The position numbers and the translations under genes are program-made. From positions 128,655 to 192,654 of the forward strand of contig NW_026925150.1 in assembly GCF_032062105.1 (NCBI RefSeq): a DNA stretch of 64,000 nucleotides, in the 5' to 3' direction. The DNA is from Saccostrea cucullata. Lineage: Eukaryota. Shown here piece after piece: positions 9,798 to 19,733 of the stretch (the stretch's first letter is position 1; each line of letters starts with the position of its first letter). The notes below the pieces were generated by a model, which saw only the letters and a program-made list of their open reading frames with translations, was not told where the DNA came from and searched no databases.

Positions 9798-11048
9798 AGG
9801 TCACCCGAGTAACTCAGGTGACCTATTGCTATCCGTTTTCGTCCGTCGTCGTCCGTCGTGCGTCGTGTGTTAACATTTGAACATTTTCAGCTTCTTCTCT
9901 GAAACCACTGAATTAATTTCAACCAAATTTGGTATACAGCATCTATGGGTGAAGGGAAACAAAAATTGTGAATTTCATGGTCCCCGCCTCCCTGGGGCCT
10001 GAGGGGTGGGGCCAAAACGACTAAAATTAATGAAATCTTTAAAAATCTTCTTTACTCCTGGACATCAAGCAGGCAAACTATTGGCATGAATGTAATGAGC
10101 ATCGAGTCCTCTACCAAAATTGTGAAATTCATGGCCCCAGGGTCAGGGGTTCTAGTGCTAGGGCGGGGCTCTATAGATAATTTTCGCCCCTTTCGCCCTC
10201 GTCGAATTTAAAACGGGGCGAACTCAAAGTAAACAGTATAATATCTTAAACAGAAATCTTTCTGGGCGAATTTAGAACGGGGCACACTTGTTTCCGAATA
10301 TGAAAGGGCGAAAATAACACGGGGCGAAAATAACCCTGTATACAGTAGTGAAAATGTATTATTTCTTTGAAAATCTTCTTCTCTGCTCCTGGGTATTAGA
10401 TTAACTAACTAGCTAACTAACTAATCATAACACATAGTTATGATAAGCAAGAGTGCCTCTTCCAAAATTGTGAATTTTATAGCCCCAGGGTCAGGGGTTC
10501 TGGTGTTTAGTCGAGGCTCTATTGATTATATAGTAAAAATACATTTAGTCTTTGTAAATATTTTTCTTTGATTCTGGGTTTTAAGCCAATGATCCAAGTA
10601 TATATATATTTATGATGAAGAAAGGTGCATCTAGCAAAGTGGTTTTTAATGCCCCCAGGGTTAAAGTGGGGGGGGGGGGGTGGTTACATAGCCTGAAAAT
10701 AAATTAATGCTTTGAAATCTGCTCTTTGGTATTAATCAACCATTTTATGATAAAATTTGCAAAATTTTGAAATATATGGCCCTGGGTCAGTGGTTCCTTT
10801 GGGGTGAGGTGCACAACTGGTTATAAAGTGGAAGTGCATTTTCTCTTTGTTACTCTGATCTACCTCGGGTTTTAAGTAAATAGAGTAAGCATGCTAAGTT
10901 AATAATTATGATAAGCAATGGTGCCGCTTTCAAAATTGTAAATTGTGAATTTCATGGCCTCCGGTTTAAACACGAACCAAATTTAATTGTTTGAAAGTTG
11001 GTCCACAATACTCAGGTGACCTATAAGGCCCGTGGGCCTCTTGTTTTA
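9798..11048 (+). mobile_element. TIR-bounded nonautonomous element (variant R1) with palindromic head, (GTCG/GTCC)n tract and ~180-bp internal subrepeats; carries a nested insertion at 10185..10345
   Basis: Begins AGGTCACCCGAGTAACTCAGGTGACCT then gtccgtcgtcgtccgtcg. Ends actcaggtgacctataaggcccgtgggcctcttgtttt. Internal repeated gtgaatttcatggccccagggtcaggggttct units. Confidence 0.6.
10185..10345 (+). mobile_element. Small nested repeat (GGGCGAA-rich), copy 1; second copy at 48850..49015
   Basis: tcgcccctttcgccctc...tctttctgggcgaatttagaacggggcacacttgtttccgaatatgaaagggcgaaaa matches 48855..49015 closely. Confidence 0.55.
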
Positions 11049-11186
11049 AAATACATTTATGGAGTAAAAAATTTGACTTTTTATAAGACTTTTCTGAGAA
11101 CTACAAAGATCCTTCAGGCACATTCAGATTTATAAAATGAAAATTGTTGCATGAGAAGTTTTAATTTTCAGGATTTATTTTGAGAC

Positions 11187-11237
11187 TTTTTAGCTTTTCT
11201 GATCAAAATTTGTCCGTCGTCTGTCGTTGTCGTTGTC

Positions 11238-11279
<42 letters not shown>

Positions 11280-11331
11280 AAGAACCACTGGGCCGATTTC
11301 AAACAAACTTGGCACAAAGTATTCTTGGGTA

Positions 11332-11388
<57 letters not shown>

Positions 11389-11868
11389 CATAAATTTGTT
11401 AAAAATTAATGGCATTTTTAAAAAATCTTCTTCTCCAGAACCACAAGGCCAGGAAAGATGAAACTCATGTGGAAGCATCCTCAGGTAGTGTAGATTCAAA
11501 TTTGTTCAAATCATGACCCCCAAGGGTGGGGCCAAAATGGGCAAGTTTTACATAGGAATATATAGGAAAAATCTTTGGGGCCAGAACCATGGCCCATGTG
11601 GAATCATCCTCAGTGTAGTTTAATTTGTTCAAATCATATGGGGCCAAAAGGAATATATAGGAAAAATTTTTAAAAATCTTAGGACAGGAAAGATGAAAAA
11701 AATCTTCTCCAAAAGAACCACTGGGAATATAGGAAAGATGAAACTCATGTGGAATCATCCTCAGGTAGTGTACATTCACATTTGTTCAAATCATGACCCC
11801 CCGGGCAAGGGTGGGGCCAAAATGGCCGACCCAAGTTTTACATAGGAATTTATAGGAAAAATCTTTAA

Positions 11869-11899
<31 letters not shown>

Positions 11900-12197
11900 G
11901 GAAAGATGAAACTCATGTGGAATCATCCTCAGGTAGTGTAGATTCTAATTTGTTCAAATCATGACCCCCGGGGCAAGGGTGGGGCCAAAATGGCCGACCA
12001 TAATTTTACATAGGAATATATAGGAAAAATTTTTAAAAATCTTCTTCTCAAGAACCATTAGGACAGGAAAGATGAAACTCATGTGGAATCATCCTCAGGT
12101 AGTGTAGATTCAAGTTTGTTCAAATCATGACCCCTGGGGCAAGGGTGGGGCCAAAATGGCCGACCCAAGTTTTACATAGGAATATATAGGAAAAATC

Positions 12198-12231
<34 letters not shown>

Positions 12232-12868
12232 GGAAAGATGAAACTCATGTGGAATCATCCTCAGGTAGTGTACATTCAAATTTGTTCAAATCATGACCCC
12301 CGGGGCAAGGGTGGGGCCAAAATGGCCGACCCAAGTTTTACATAGGAATTTATAGGAAAAATCTTTTAAAAAACTTCTTCTCCAGAACCACTGGGCCAGG
12401 AAAGATGAAACTCATGTGGAATCATCCTCAGGTAGTGTAGATGCATGTTTGTTAAAATCATGACCCCCGGGGCAAGGGTGGGGCCAAAATGGCCGACCAT
12501 AGTTTTACATAGGAATTTATAGGAAAAATCTTTAAAAATCCTTCTGAAGATCCACTGGGCCAGGAAAGATGAAACTCATGTGGAATCATCCTCAGGTAGT
12601 GTAGATTTAAGTTTGTTCAAATCATGACCCCCTTGGGTAGGGTGGGGCCATGGCCGACCCAAGTTTTACATAGGGATATATAGGGAAACCTTTTTAAATC
12701 TTCTTTTCAAGTACTTCAAAGCTATGATTAGTGATATTTATATGGAATCATCCTCAGGTAGTGTAGATTCTAGTTTGTTCAAATGATGAACGCCTGGAGG
12801 GGGGGGGAGTAAATTCAAGCCCGATGTGCTCAGGTGAGCGCTGTGGCCCCTGGGCCTCTTGTTAAATT
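11187..12868 (+). mobile_element. TIR-bounded nonautonomous element (R2, 5'-truncated head) carrying a ~166-bp satellite array
   Basis: Head tttttagcttttctgatcaaaatttgtccgtcgtctgtcgttgtcg..aaacttttcacattttcatcttcttctcaagaaccactgg. Tail gtgctcaggtgagcgctgtggcccctgggcctcttgtt. Highly similar to 37531..38190 and 32774..33850. Confidence 0.7.
11400..12800 (+). repeat. Satellite array, about 8 units of ~166 bp (catgtggaatcatcctcaggtagtgtagattcaagtttgttcaaatcatgacccccggggcaagggtggggccaaaatggccgacc...)
   Basis: The unit recurs at about 11461, 11740, 11910, 12075, 12240, 12410, 12575 and 12740. ORF 11465..11779 is an artefact of this array. Confidence 0.85.
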
Positions 12869-13261
12869 AAATTATAGATTAAAGAGTTATCCTTTCTGGA
12901 GGAGCATCGAAGTATCTTAATATTTTCATCTTCAAATTAGATTTTAATTCTTAGAGTTTTGACTCAACTGTTGATGATAAAAAGTCTAGCCTTTTTACTT
13001 GGAAATGAAGATTATAAGAATAAATTTGCTAATTTAGTGTTTATTTCTGAACGACTATTAATCAGACAATCTGTTTTTTTTTTCAGTTTTTTCAACCTTT
13101 TTGATAAACCATGTGTGTCCAACTAAATATTTTTAAAGAGATTCGTTTGTTGTACCTTTAAAAATACCGAAATAGCCTTTTTCTTTCCTATTGACTTTTT
13201 TGCATGTGTAGAATCATACGAGAGATGATTCAATGCAATGACTTTAAACTTTGTATGCTTC

Positions 13262-14460
13262 TTTGAAATAATTCAACCAAACCAACAAGGAAGAAGATAT
13301 TATCGCTTTTAATAAAGCATTAGGATTTGTTTCTCTCCCAATCGTTACTTATGGTCTAAAAGAGACTTCTATTGAAACTTTTAACGCTGACGCTATTCGT
13401 TGTCTTATAGTAACAGGAACAAATTACTGTAACCGTGTTACATTCGCAAACTTACAAAAAGAAAAACTCATTAAACACCAAAGGATGGAGCTACTTCATT
13501 TGTGACTGGTAATTGGTTTTTTTTCCAAACAAGCCAAAAATGCGTGAGAGGTTGTCATTTGCGCTTACTCGTCTTACAACAGGAATAATTTTCTTTGAAT
13601 TTCACACCCTGCATAATTTGAAGGCATTAAATATGACTTTTCTTTTGAAGCCAACAAGGTATTTTACCTTTGTTTTTGAAATATGCAACAAAGAGAAAGA
13701 GTTGAACTCCAAGTGTCAATGAGTGCAAGATATTCAAAGACATATTTAAAATTTCGTTCTTCAAATATAACAGTGTATATGCCACCGAAACTTGAAACAT
13801 TCTATGCAAATTTTAGCACATTAACGACAGAATACCAAATTTAAGGTTAAGTGTAAATAAAATGAAGAATTTACACGCACAGAACAATGTCATGTTTTTC
13901 TTTAATCGACCTCTTTTTGGTTTTAAAATGCTTGAAAGGGTAGATTTTTCGAATAACTTTTGCTCTAGTATATCTCCAACTTTAAAACAGCGAGTGGCAA
14001 GAGTCTGAAATATATAAACATTTCATAAACATAAACATTTTATCACTTTCAATACATTTAGACTACAGCTGCCAGCTATTTAAAAATCAACTCTAGCTGG
14101 AGGTTCTATTCTATCCAGCAACAAAATTTCGCATTTACCAGATTGTATTTTTAATCCATGGCTGAATTAAAAGCTCTTAAACTTACCAGTTGTCTCATAT
14201 GAGTTTCAGGATCAAACATATGATTAATGTTTTACCCTGGATTTCTCAATTAATCGAATAACAACTTTTTTTAGTTCAAATAATGTTTCGCTTCCATACA
14301 TCTTCTCTAGGTCAAAAGATTCAACAAGTCTATCTCATTCTAATGCCAGATATTTTCGAGGGTGGTTTTAATATGAAAATAAAAGATTTTATCTATCAGA
14401 AATCTTTCATCGATTATTCTCTCGAAGACCCCCGCTTACGGGAGTTATTCTGAGAAGATC
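13262..14460 (+). pseudogene. Decayed, 5'-truncated and internally deleted TLR paralogue (fragments colinear with TLR-B)
   Basis: NKALGFVSLPIVTYGLKETSIETF and FNADAIRCLIVTGTN..QRMELLH at 13300..13500. ORF 13513..13722 (LSFALTRLTTGIIFFEF..LNMTFLLKP) matches TLR-B LSLALNRLTTGRYLFEF..FNMTLLLKP. 13861..13995 has VQNN..FSNNFCSSISP matching DLSDNFCSRISP. 14330..14460 has VYLILMPDIFEGG...KDFI..DYSLEDP matching the TLR-B C-terminus VRLILMPDLFEGG. Stops, frameshifts and large deletions throughout. Confidence 0.75.
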
Positions 14461-14569
14461 TGATCCGTATTATAAAAATTCTTTACTTTTAATGCATCTG
14501 AACAGACGAAGTTTTCAGTACATATTTTAGAATATACACATTTATTTTATACCAAGCTGTGTATCACAA

Positions 14570-14885
14570 AATTTTACTTTTGATTTTACGTAATTACTTG
14601 ACGTCGTCATTCGACTTTCCGGATCACCATGCGGCGGTTTTCTAAATCAATATCACCACAATCTGAAATTGATGACGTACTACACAGAAACATGGCGTTT
14701 TTCCATTCGTATTAAAAAGTTCGTTGACATTTTTGTTTGTTTAATAGATAAATATAATAATTGATCTCTAAAGTTTGAATTTTCTATATTTAGCTAGTTA
14801 TAAGGAGTTATATAATTAAGTTTATCATTATGACAGTATTTGATCCGAAGAAATATCATGTTTCACGTATCACGCTTCGCGTCAA
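14570..14885 (+). repeat. Conserved ~300-bp 3'-flank module, copy 2 (downstream of the TLR pseudogene)
   Basis: See 8181..8480. Same order and orientation relative to the upstream TLR-derived sequence. Confidence 0.7.
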
Positions 14886-15247
14886 GTTTGTTCTGCTAAT
14901 TTGTTCGAATATCTAGCCTGAATTACTTGTGTATTAATTAATAATTTGCCCATTGCATGACATATTTTGAGCTCCATTTATTTACATAACAAGTTTCATT
15001 CAATATCCATTCTAGCACTTAAATTGAAAGTATGTTTAGAACTCATTCAAAATACATAGTGTGTTTCTTTTCGAATTCAATAGCTGCAATGGATTTTAAG
15101 GTCATTGCTTATTTTGAAGTTGCGATATTTTTTTTATTAACTTGATTCAACCAGGAAGTAAAAAAAAATCAATGGGTTATGCACTTCAATATCATTTACC
15201 AATGTCCCTAGTCGTTATAATCATTTCATTTAAACTGACTGTGAAGT

Positions 15248-15254
15248 ATAAATT
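15248..15254 (+). promoter_or_regulatory. Candidate TATA box (TATAAAT) about 55 bp upstream of the TLR-B ATG
   Basis: gtgaagTATAAATtcgg. Position is only meaningful if there is no upstream 5'-UTR exon. Confidence 0.2.
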
Positions 15255-15307
15255 CGGTGTTTTAGTGGGTTAACAACATGCAGAACGCATATCAGTAGAA
15301 ATTGACC

Positions 15308-17956
15308 ATGGAAATTTATTGCTGGTTATTGGTTGTGTATTTGTATTACTTTCAAGGAATATTAATTGCTACGGAAAGTACGTACTTATGTAATGTATGT
15401 AAGTGTACCAGATTAAAAAGAGGATTGAAAATAGATTGCAGTGGTCAACTGAAAAAAGAATTTAAAATCACTTCACTTCCAGTGGATACGATGTGGATAG
15501 ATTTAAGTGAAAATTACATAAAGGAAATTAACTGGAGATTTCCGAAGAAAATCGAATTCATTAATTTGTCAAGAAACAATATTTCAGCCCTCCTTGGTAA
15601 ACCTTTCAGTGGACTTAAAAATTTGAGATATTTGAATCTCGAACAGAATAATCTAAGTCTCTCGGAAGCAATCTATTACCAGGATTTGTTTCTTTCACTT
15701 CGGAGATTGGAAACTTTGAATATTAAGAAAAACACAAACACTTACGTGAATTCAAATTCAATCGACAGAACCTTTTCAAGACTTGTTTCTTTGAAAAAAC
15801 TTAAAATTGACATACCACTTAATTTTACTTTTGGTGAAGGATTTAAAAATCTTCGGAAGCTTTCTGTTCTTGACGCTTCAGGAATAACAGGTTTTTGCAA
15901 TATTTGGAGTTTATCTTCAGATTTCTTCAAAAACATACCTTTTCTGAAGGAGATCGATGTAAGTAAATGTAAAATATCTCATATTTCTAAAGGGCCTTTC
16001 AAATTGCTCCAAAACCTGAAAAAACTCGATATCTCCCACAATAAGGAATTAGGATTTGCATCTCTCCCAAATACAACATTTGGCCTGAACGAAACATCAA
16101 TCAATTTTTTTTACGCAGACGATATCCATTGTACACTTGGCATAGGAACGAAGATGACATTTTCTCATATCGAGAATTTGCGGTATACAAAACTTGTTGA
16201 GGCCTCCTTTGCACAAAATAGGATTGAGTTAATAGGAAAAGGTGTTTTGAAAAAGATGCCTTCAACGTTGGAAAAACTGTCTTTGGCTTTAAACCGACTC
16301 ACAACAGGAAGATATCTTTTTGAATTTTCCTCTCTGCGTAAATTGAAAGAATTTAACATGACACTTCTTTTGAAACCCATAACAAATTTTCCGGAAGTTT
16401 TTGAGGAATGCATCGAAAAGAAAGATTTTGAAATATCAGTACAAGTTGAGTCGAGTAAAATTAAGTACAAGGAATATTCAAAGGAACAAATAAAAAGACT
16501 TAATCGGCCAAACATAACAGTTTACAGTCCTCCAAATCTTATAACAATTTATGCTAATTCAAGCAAATTATATGGAGGATTTCCAAAAGTAACATTGAAT
16601 GCAACGAAATTGAGAAACATATACGTACAGAATAATTTGTTCTTTTCCTGGGATAAACCCGAGTTTGGACTTGAGCTTGTCGAAAATTTAGATTTGTCGG
16701 ACAATTTCTGTTCTAGAATATCCCCTCGTTTTACTGCAAGCGGTACAGGATTAAAATACTTAAATATTGCAAGAAACTTTTTGTCTCGACCAATTCAAAT
16801 GGACATAAGATGTCATTTGTTTAAATATCAGCGAAACCTTGAAGAATTTGATCTTTCAAACAACAGACTTTTTCACCTGCCAATCTGTACTTTTCAAAAT
16901 ATGGTAAAGTTAAGAATACTTAAACTAAATCACAATCAATTGACCGGAGTAAACTTCAGACTTCGTCACATGACTAACCTTTCTTATATTGATCTCTCCG
17001 ATAACAGATTAACGGGCTTTACAAATGAAACAATGCATGCGTTTTCCTATATCTTCAAAAAATCAAAAGTATCGATAAATTTACTAAGGAACAACTTGTA
17101 TTGTAAATGCCAAAATCTAAAATTCTTGACGTGGTTGTATGAAAACAGAATGCATTTCTTAGGTTTTCAAAAGTATACTTGTTCAGATCGTAGCAATCAG
17201 TTCAATTTTCATTATATGGAACAATCTCTACAAAAACTCCAGCTTGACTGTATAGATTATGACGTTTGGATAATTACAACAACTGTCTCGATAACTCTTA
17301 TGACGAGTGTCATACTTGTGATAATTATTGGGAAAAACATCTGGCACATAAGGTATTTCCTGCATAAAAGTAAACGACATAATGACGGTTTTACCTCAAC
17401 CATAAAAGAAGAGGAGCTTTTTAATCTGCTAACGGAACCCGATTTGCTAAGTTCAATAGCTGATGAAAGCTTTGAAAGAACAAGTCCATATCAAATGATG
17501 CAAGGACAAGGGCGATATTTTTACCATGCATTTATATCCTACGTAGGCGAGAATAGGGGATTCGTATTTCAGAAGATGAAACCAAAGCTGGAAGCGAAAG
17601 GTTTGAAGTTATTGATTCGTGATATTCATTTCGAAATTGGTAATTCTAAAATTGATAACATCATGAAAGCAATCGGGAGGAGTCAAAGAACTATCTGCGT
17701 TGTGTCGAAAGCGTATCTGAAATCAAAATGGCGAATATATGAATTAAATATGGCGAAAATGGAAGGTTTAAAGGAAAGAGGATCCCTTGGATATGTCCGT
17801 CTTATTCTGATGCCTGATTTGTTTGAAGGAGGTTGTGACACAGCTATTAAAGATTTTATCGAGAAAAAATTATTTCTTGACTACCCACCGGAAGATTCCT
17901 CTCTGCAGGAGGAATTCTGGGAAAATCTTATTCGCGTGATCAAGAACACAGGGTAA
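15308..17956 (+). CDS. Toll-like receptor (LRR ectodomain, LRRCT, single TM, cytoplasmic TIR), single exon, paralogue B
   Basis: ORF 15302..17956 (the track start is TTG). ATG at 15308 gives signal peptide MEIYCWLLVVYLYYFQGILIA. LRRNT cysteines, LRR series, LRRCT (CKCQNLKFLTWL..YTCSD), TM VWIITTTVSITLMTSVILVIIIG, TIR box1 YHAFISYVGEN and box3 FW. Roughly 35-40% identity to TLR-A by eye, with shared blocks LDISxNKELGFASLPN and YELNMAK.EG. Confidence 0.9.
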   Translation: MEIYCWLLVVYLYYFQGILIATESTYLCNVCKCTRLKRGLKIDCSGQLKKEFKITSLPVDTMWIDLSENYIKEINWRFPKKIEFINLSRNNISALLGKPFSGLKNLRYLNLEQNNLSLSEAIYYQDLFLSLRRLETLNIKKNTNTYVNSNSIDRTFSRLVSLKKLKIDIPLNFTFGEGFKNLRKLSVLDASGITGFCNIWSLSSDFFKNIPFLKEIDVSKCKISHISKGPFKLLQNLKKLDISHNKELGFASLPNTTFGLNETSINFFYADDIHCTLGIGTKMTFSHIENLRYTKLVEASFAQNRIELIGKGVLKKMPSTLEKLSLALNRLTTGRYLFEFSSLRKLKEFNMTLLLKPITNFPEVFEECIEKKDFEISVQVESSKIKYKEYSKEQIKRLNRPNITVYSPPNLITIYANSSKLYGGFPKVTLNATKLRNIYVQNNLFFSWDKPEFGLELVENLDLSDNFCSRISPRFTASGTGLKYLNIARNFLSRPIQMDIRCHLFKYQRNLEEFDLSNNRLFHLPICTFQNMVKLRILKLNHNQLTGVNFRLRHMTNLSYIDLSDNRLTGFTNETMHAFSYIFKKSKVSINLLRNNLYCKCQNLKFLTWLYENRMHFLGFQKYTCSDRSNQFNFHYMEQSLQKLQLDCIDYDVWIITTTVSITLMTSVILVIIIGKNIWHIRYFLHKSKRHNDGFTSTIKEEELFNLLTEPDLLSSIADESFERTSPYQMMQGQGRYFYHAFISYVGENRGFVFQKMKPKLEAKGLKLLIRDIHFEIGNSKIDNIMKAIGRSQRTICVVSKAYLKSKWRIYELNMAKMEGLKERGSLGYVRLILMPDLFEGGCDTAIKDFIEKKLFLDYPPEDSSLQEEFWENLIRVIKNTG

Positions 17957-18133
17957 AAATAGGAAGACAATCTAAAGCATATTGTGTGGATCGAACTCCA
18001 CATCATGATTTAGGGATTGACAGGGTGTTCTACATAAATGGATGATTATTATGTGAGCAATTCAAAATATTCAACATTTTACTTTCAGATTAAAACTGAT
18101 CATATTTGAATATTTGTAATGCTTGAGTTTTGA

Positions 18134-18139
18134 AATAAA
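18134..18139 (+). promoter_or_regulatory. Candidate polyA signal for TLR-B
   Basis: AATAAA about 180 nt downstream of the stop at 17956. Confidence 0.3.
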
Positions 18140-18233
18140 TATCTATTTCATATTATTTATTTTTTGAAATGCAAAATAATCTCTGCGAAATTCTTCTTAT
18201 CTGAGTTCGAATTGTTTCGGGTACAGTATAAGT

Positions 18234-18465
18234 AGGATTTTAGCGAGTAATTAATTTTGGCATTATCAGCGAAGGTGCCGAGATAGTTAAAATTGAATAT
18301 CCGCAAATATTGATTGCGTTTTATTGGTATAAGCTTCTTTTATGTGCATCTTAAAATCGCTTAAATAACATCTGGATAAAAATAAATTACTAGTTGTTAA
18401 GGATATCGCTAAATTTGCGTCTCGCTAACATTTCCAGTTATACCGTATCATAATTTTGTCTTACG
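18234..18465 (+). repeat. Dispersed ~230-bp repeat, copy 1 (copy 2 at 56421..56645)
   Basis: ttttagcgag..ttaattttggcattat.agcga..gtgccgagat.g.taaaattgaatat...cttcttttatgtgcat.ttaaaatcgct.aaataac.tct... is shared by both copies. Confidence 0.7.
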
Positions 18466-19576
18466 CATTTTAGAATAATTACGTAAATGTCATTTACATT
18501 ATAAGTGAAAATGTAATATAATATTGGACTTCCATGTAGCATTATGATTATAAACATATTTCAAAGATATTAATGTTCACCAAGATATATGCCAATACAA
18601 TAAATGTTTAATATATATTTTTGTAGAAAATAAATAAACCCAAGAAAAATATTGATAGTTTTGCTTTTAAGTTTTGATATACAGTATGCAGCAATGTTTA
18701 GATGTATTAAGTGGATATCTGACTATGAATTATAAGGCACTTTGCAACTTAATTTACAAGAAGTTATTATAATTTCACATGACTTCAATATTTATTTAGA
18801 CAAATTGGCTTACCAGAAATCCTGAAATATCATCCCTTTCGCTTTAATAATGGCACAGATAAAATAGTGGATTGCAACGTTTTTTCTAAGTTTTTTTTTA
18901 AAAAAAACAGGCAAAGCAATCGTTTTCAAGCTTTCCTGATCATAAACTATTTTGTAAAGGAAGAATTTTGAAACATTTTTGGCAAGATATGTTTTTAAAA
19001 AATCACTGTTTCAAAAACTGTTTCATTGATTCCAAATTAAGCATATTTGTGTGATGCTGCAAAAATAAATTGGGCAAAAATATTATGTATACAATTTTGT
19101 TGATATTTAAATTTCTCAAGGCACGATAAGCATAGAATAGCGGAAATTAATACATAAATAAAGACGGTAATTTGATGATTAAGGACATCTAGCCATTTTT
19201 GGTAAGAACCTTAAACTTGAATGAATGTCATTGTCAAAATGCTGACACACCTTTTAGACAAAGAGTAAATTATGCGAGAAATATGGTATTTTATCTAAAG
19301 AATTACTTCCAGTTTTTATCCACTTAAAAGATTGGAAATTTTTTCTACCATTCAGAGACAATAAACACGCAAAATGACCTTGTATTAAAGCATAACTTTT
19401 TTTTAAGGTCATCGGTTTGTCAAATACCAAATTCTTAGCCTCCAGTTGAAAGGAATTGACATTTAACGAAAGCAACGCATTTTTGCGTAATATATTGAAT
19501 AAAGATACCAACACAGCAGAATTATATTTTATCTATTTCTAACACTCTTCTGTCACGAGTCCTACTGGCAGCAAGA

Positions 19577-19733
19577 AATAAGGTATCATTTTTAAACAAT
19601 GCATCTATCGGGATATAAATACGGGTTGGTCACGAGATTAAATTCCACAAAGCCCCAAGGGCTTTATTATCAATTTAATCTCGTACCAACCTGTATTTAT
19701 AGCCCGATGGATGTTTTAAAATGATACCTTATT
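19577..19733. repeat. Long imperfect palindrome (about 60-bp arms, about 25-nt loop), MITE-like or hairpin-RNA-like
   Basis: aaataaggtatcatttttaaacaatgcatctatcgggatataaatacgggttggtcacgagattaaatt ... aatttaatctcgtaccaacctgtatttatagcccgatggatgttttaaaatgataccttatt. Confidence 0.6.

Noticed and set aside
11465-11779. 104-aa ORF inside the 166-bp satellite array
   Set aside because: Lies within a tandem repeat, and equivalent frames are closed in neighbouring units.
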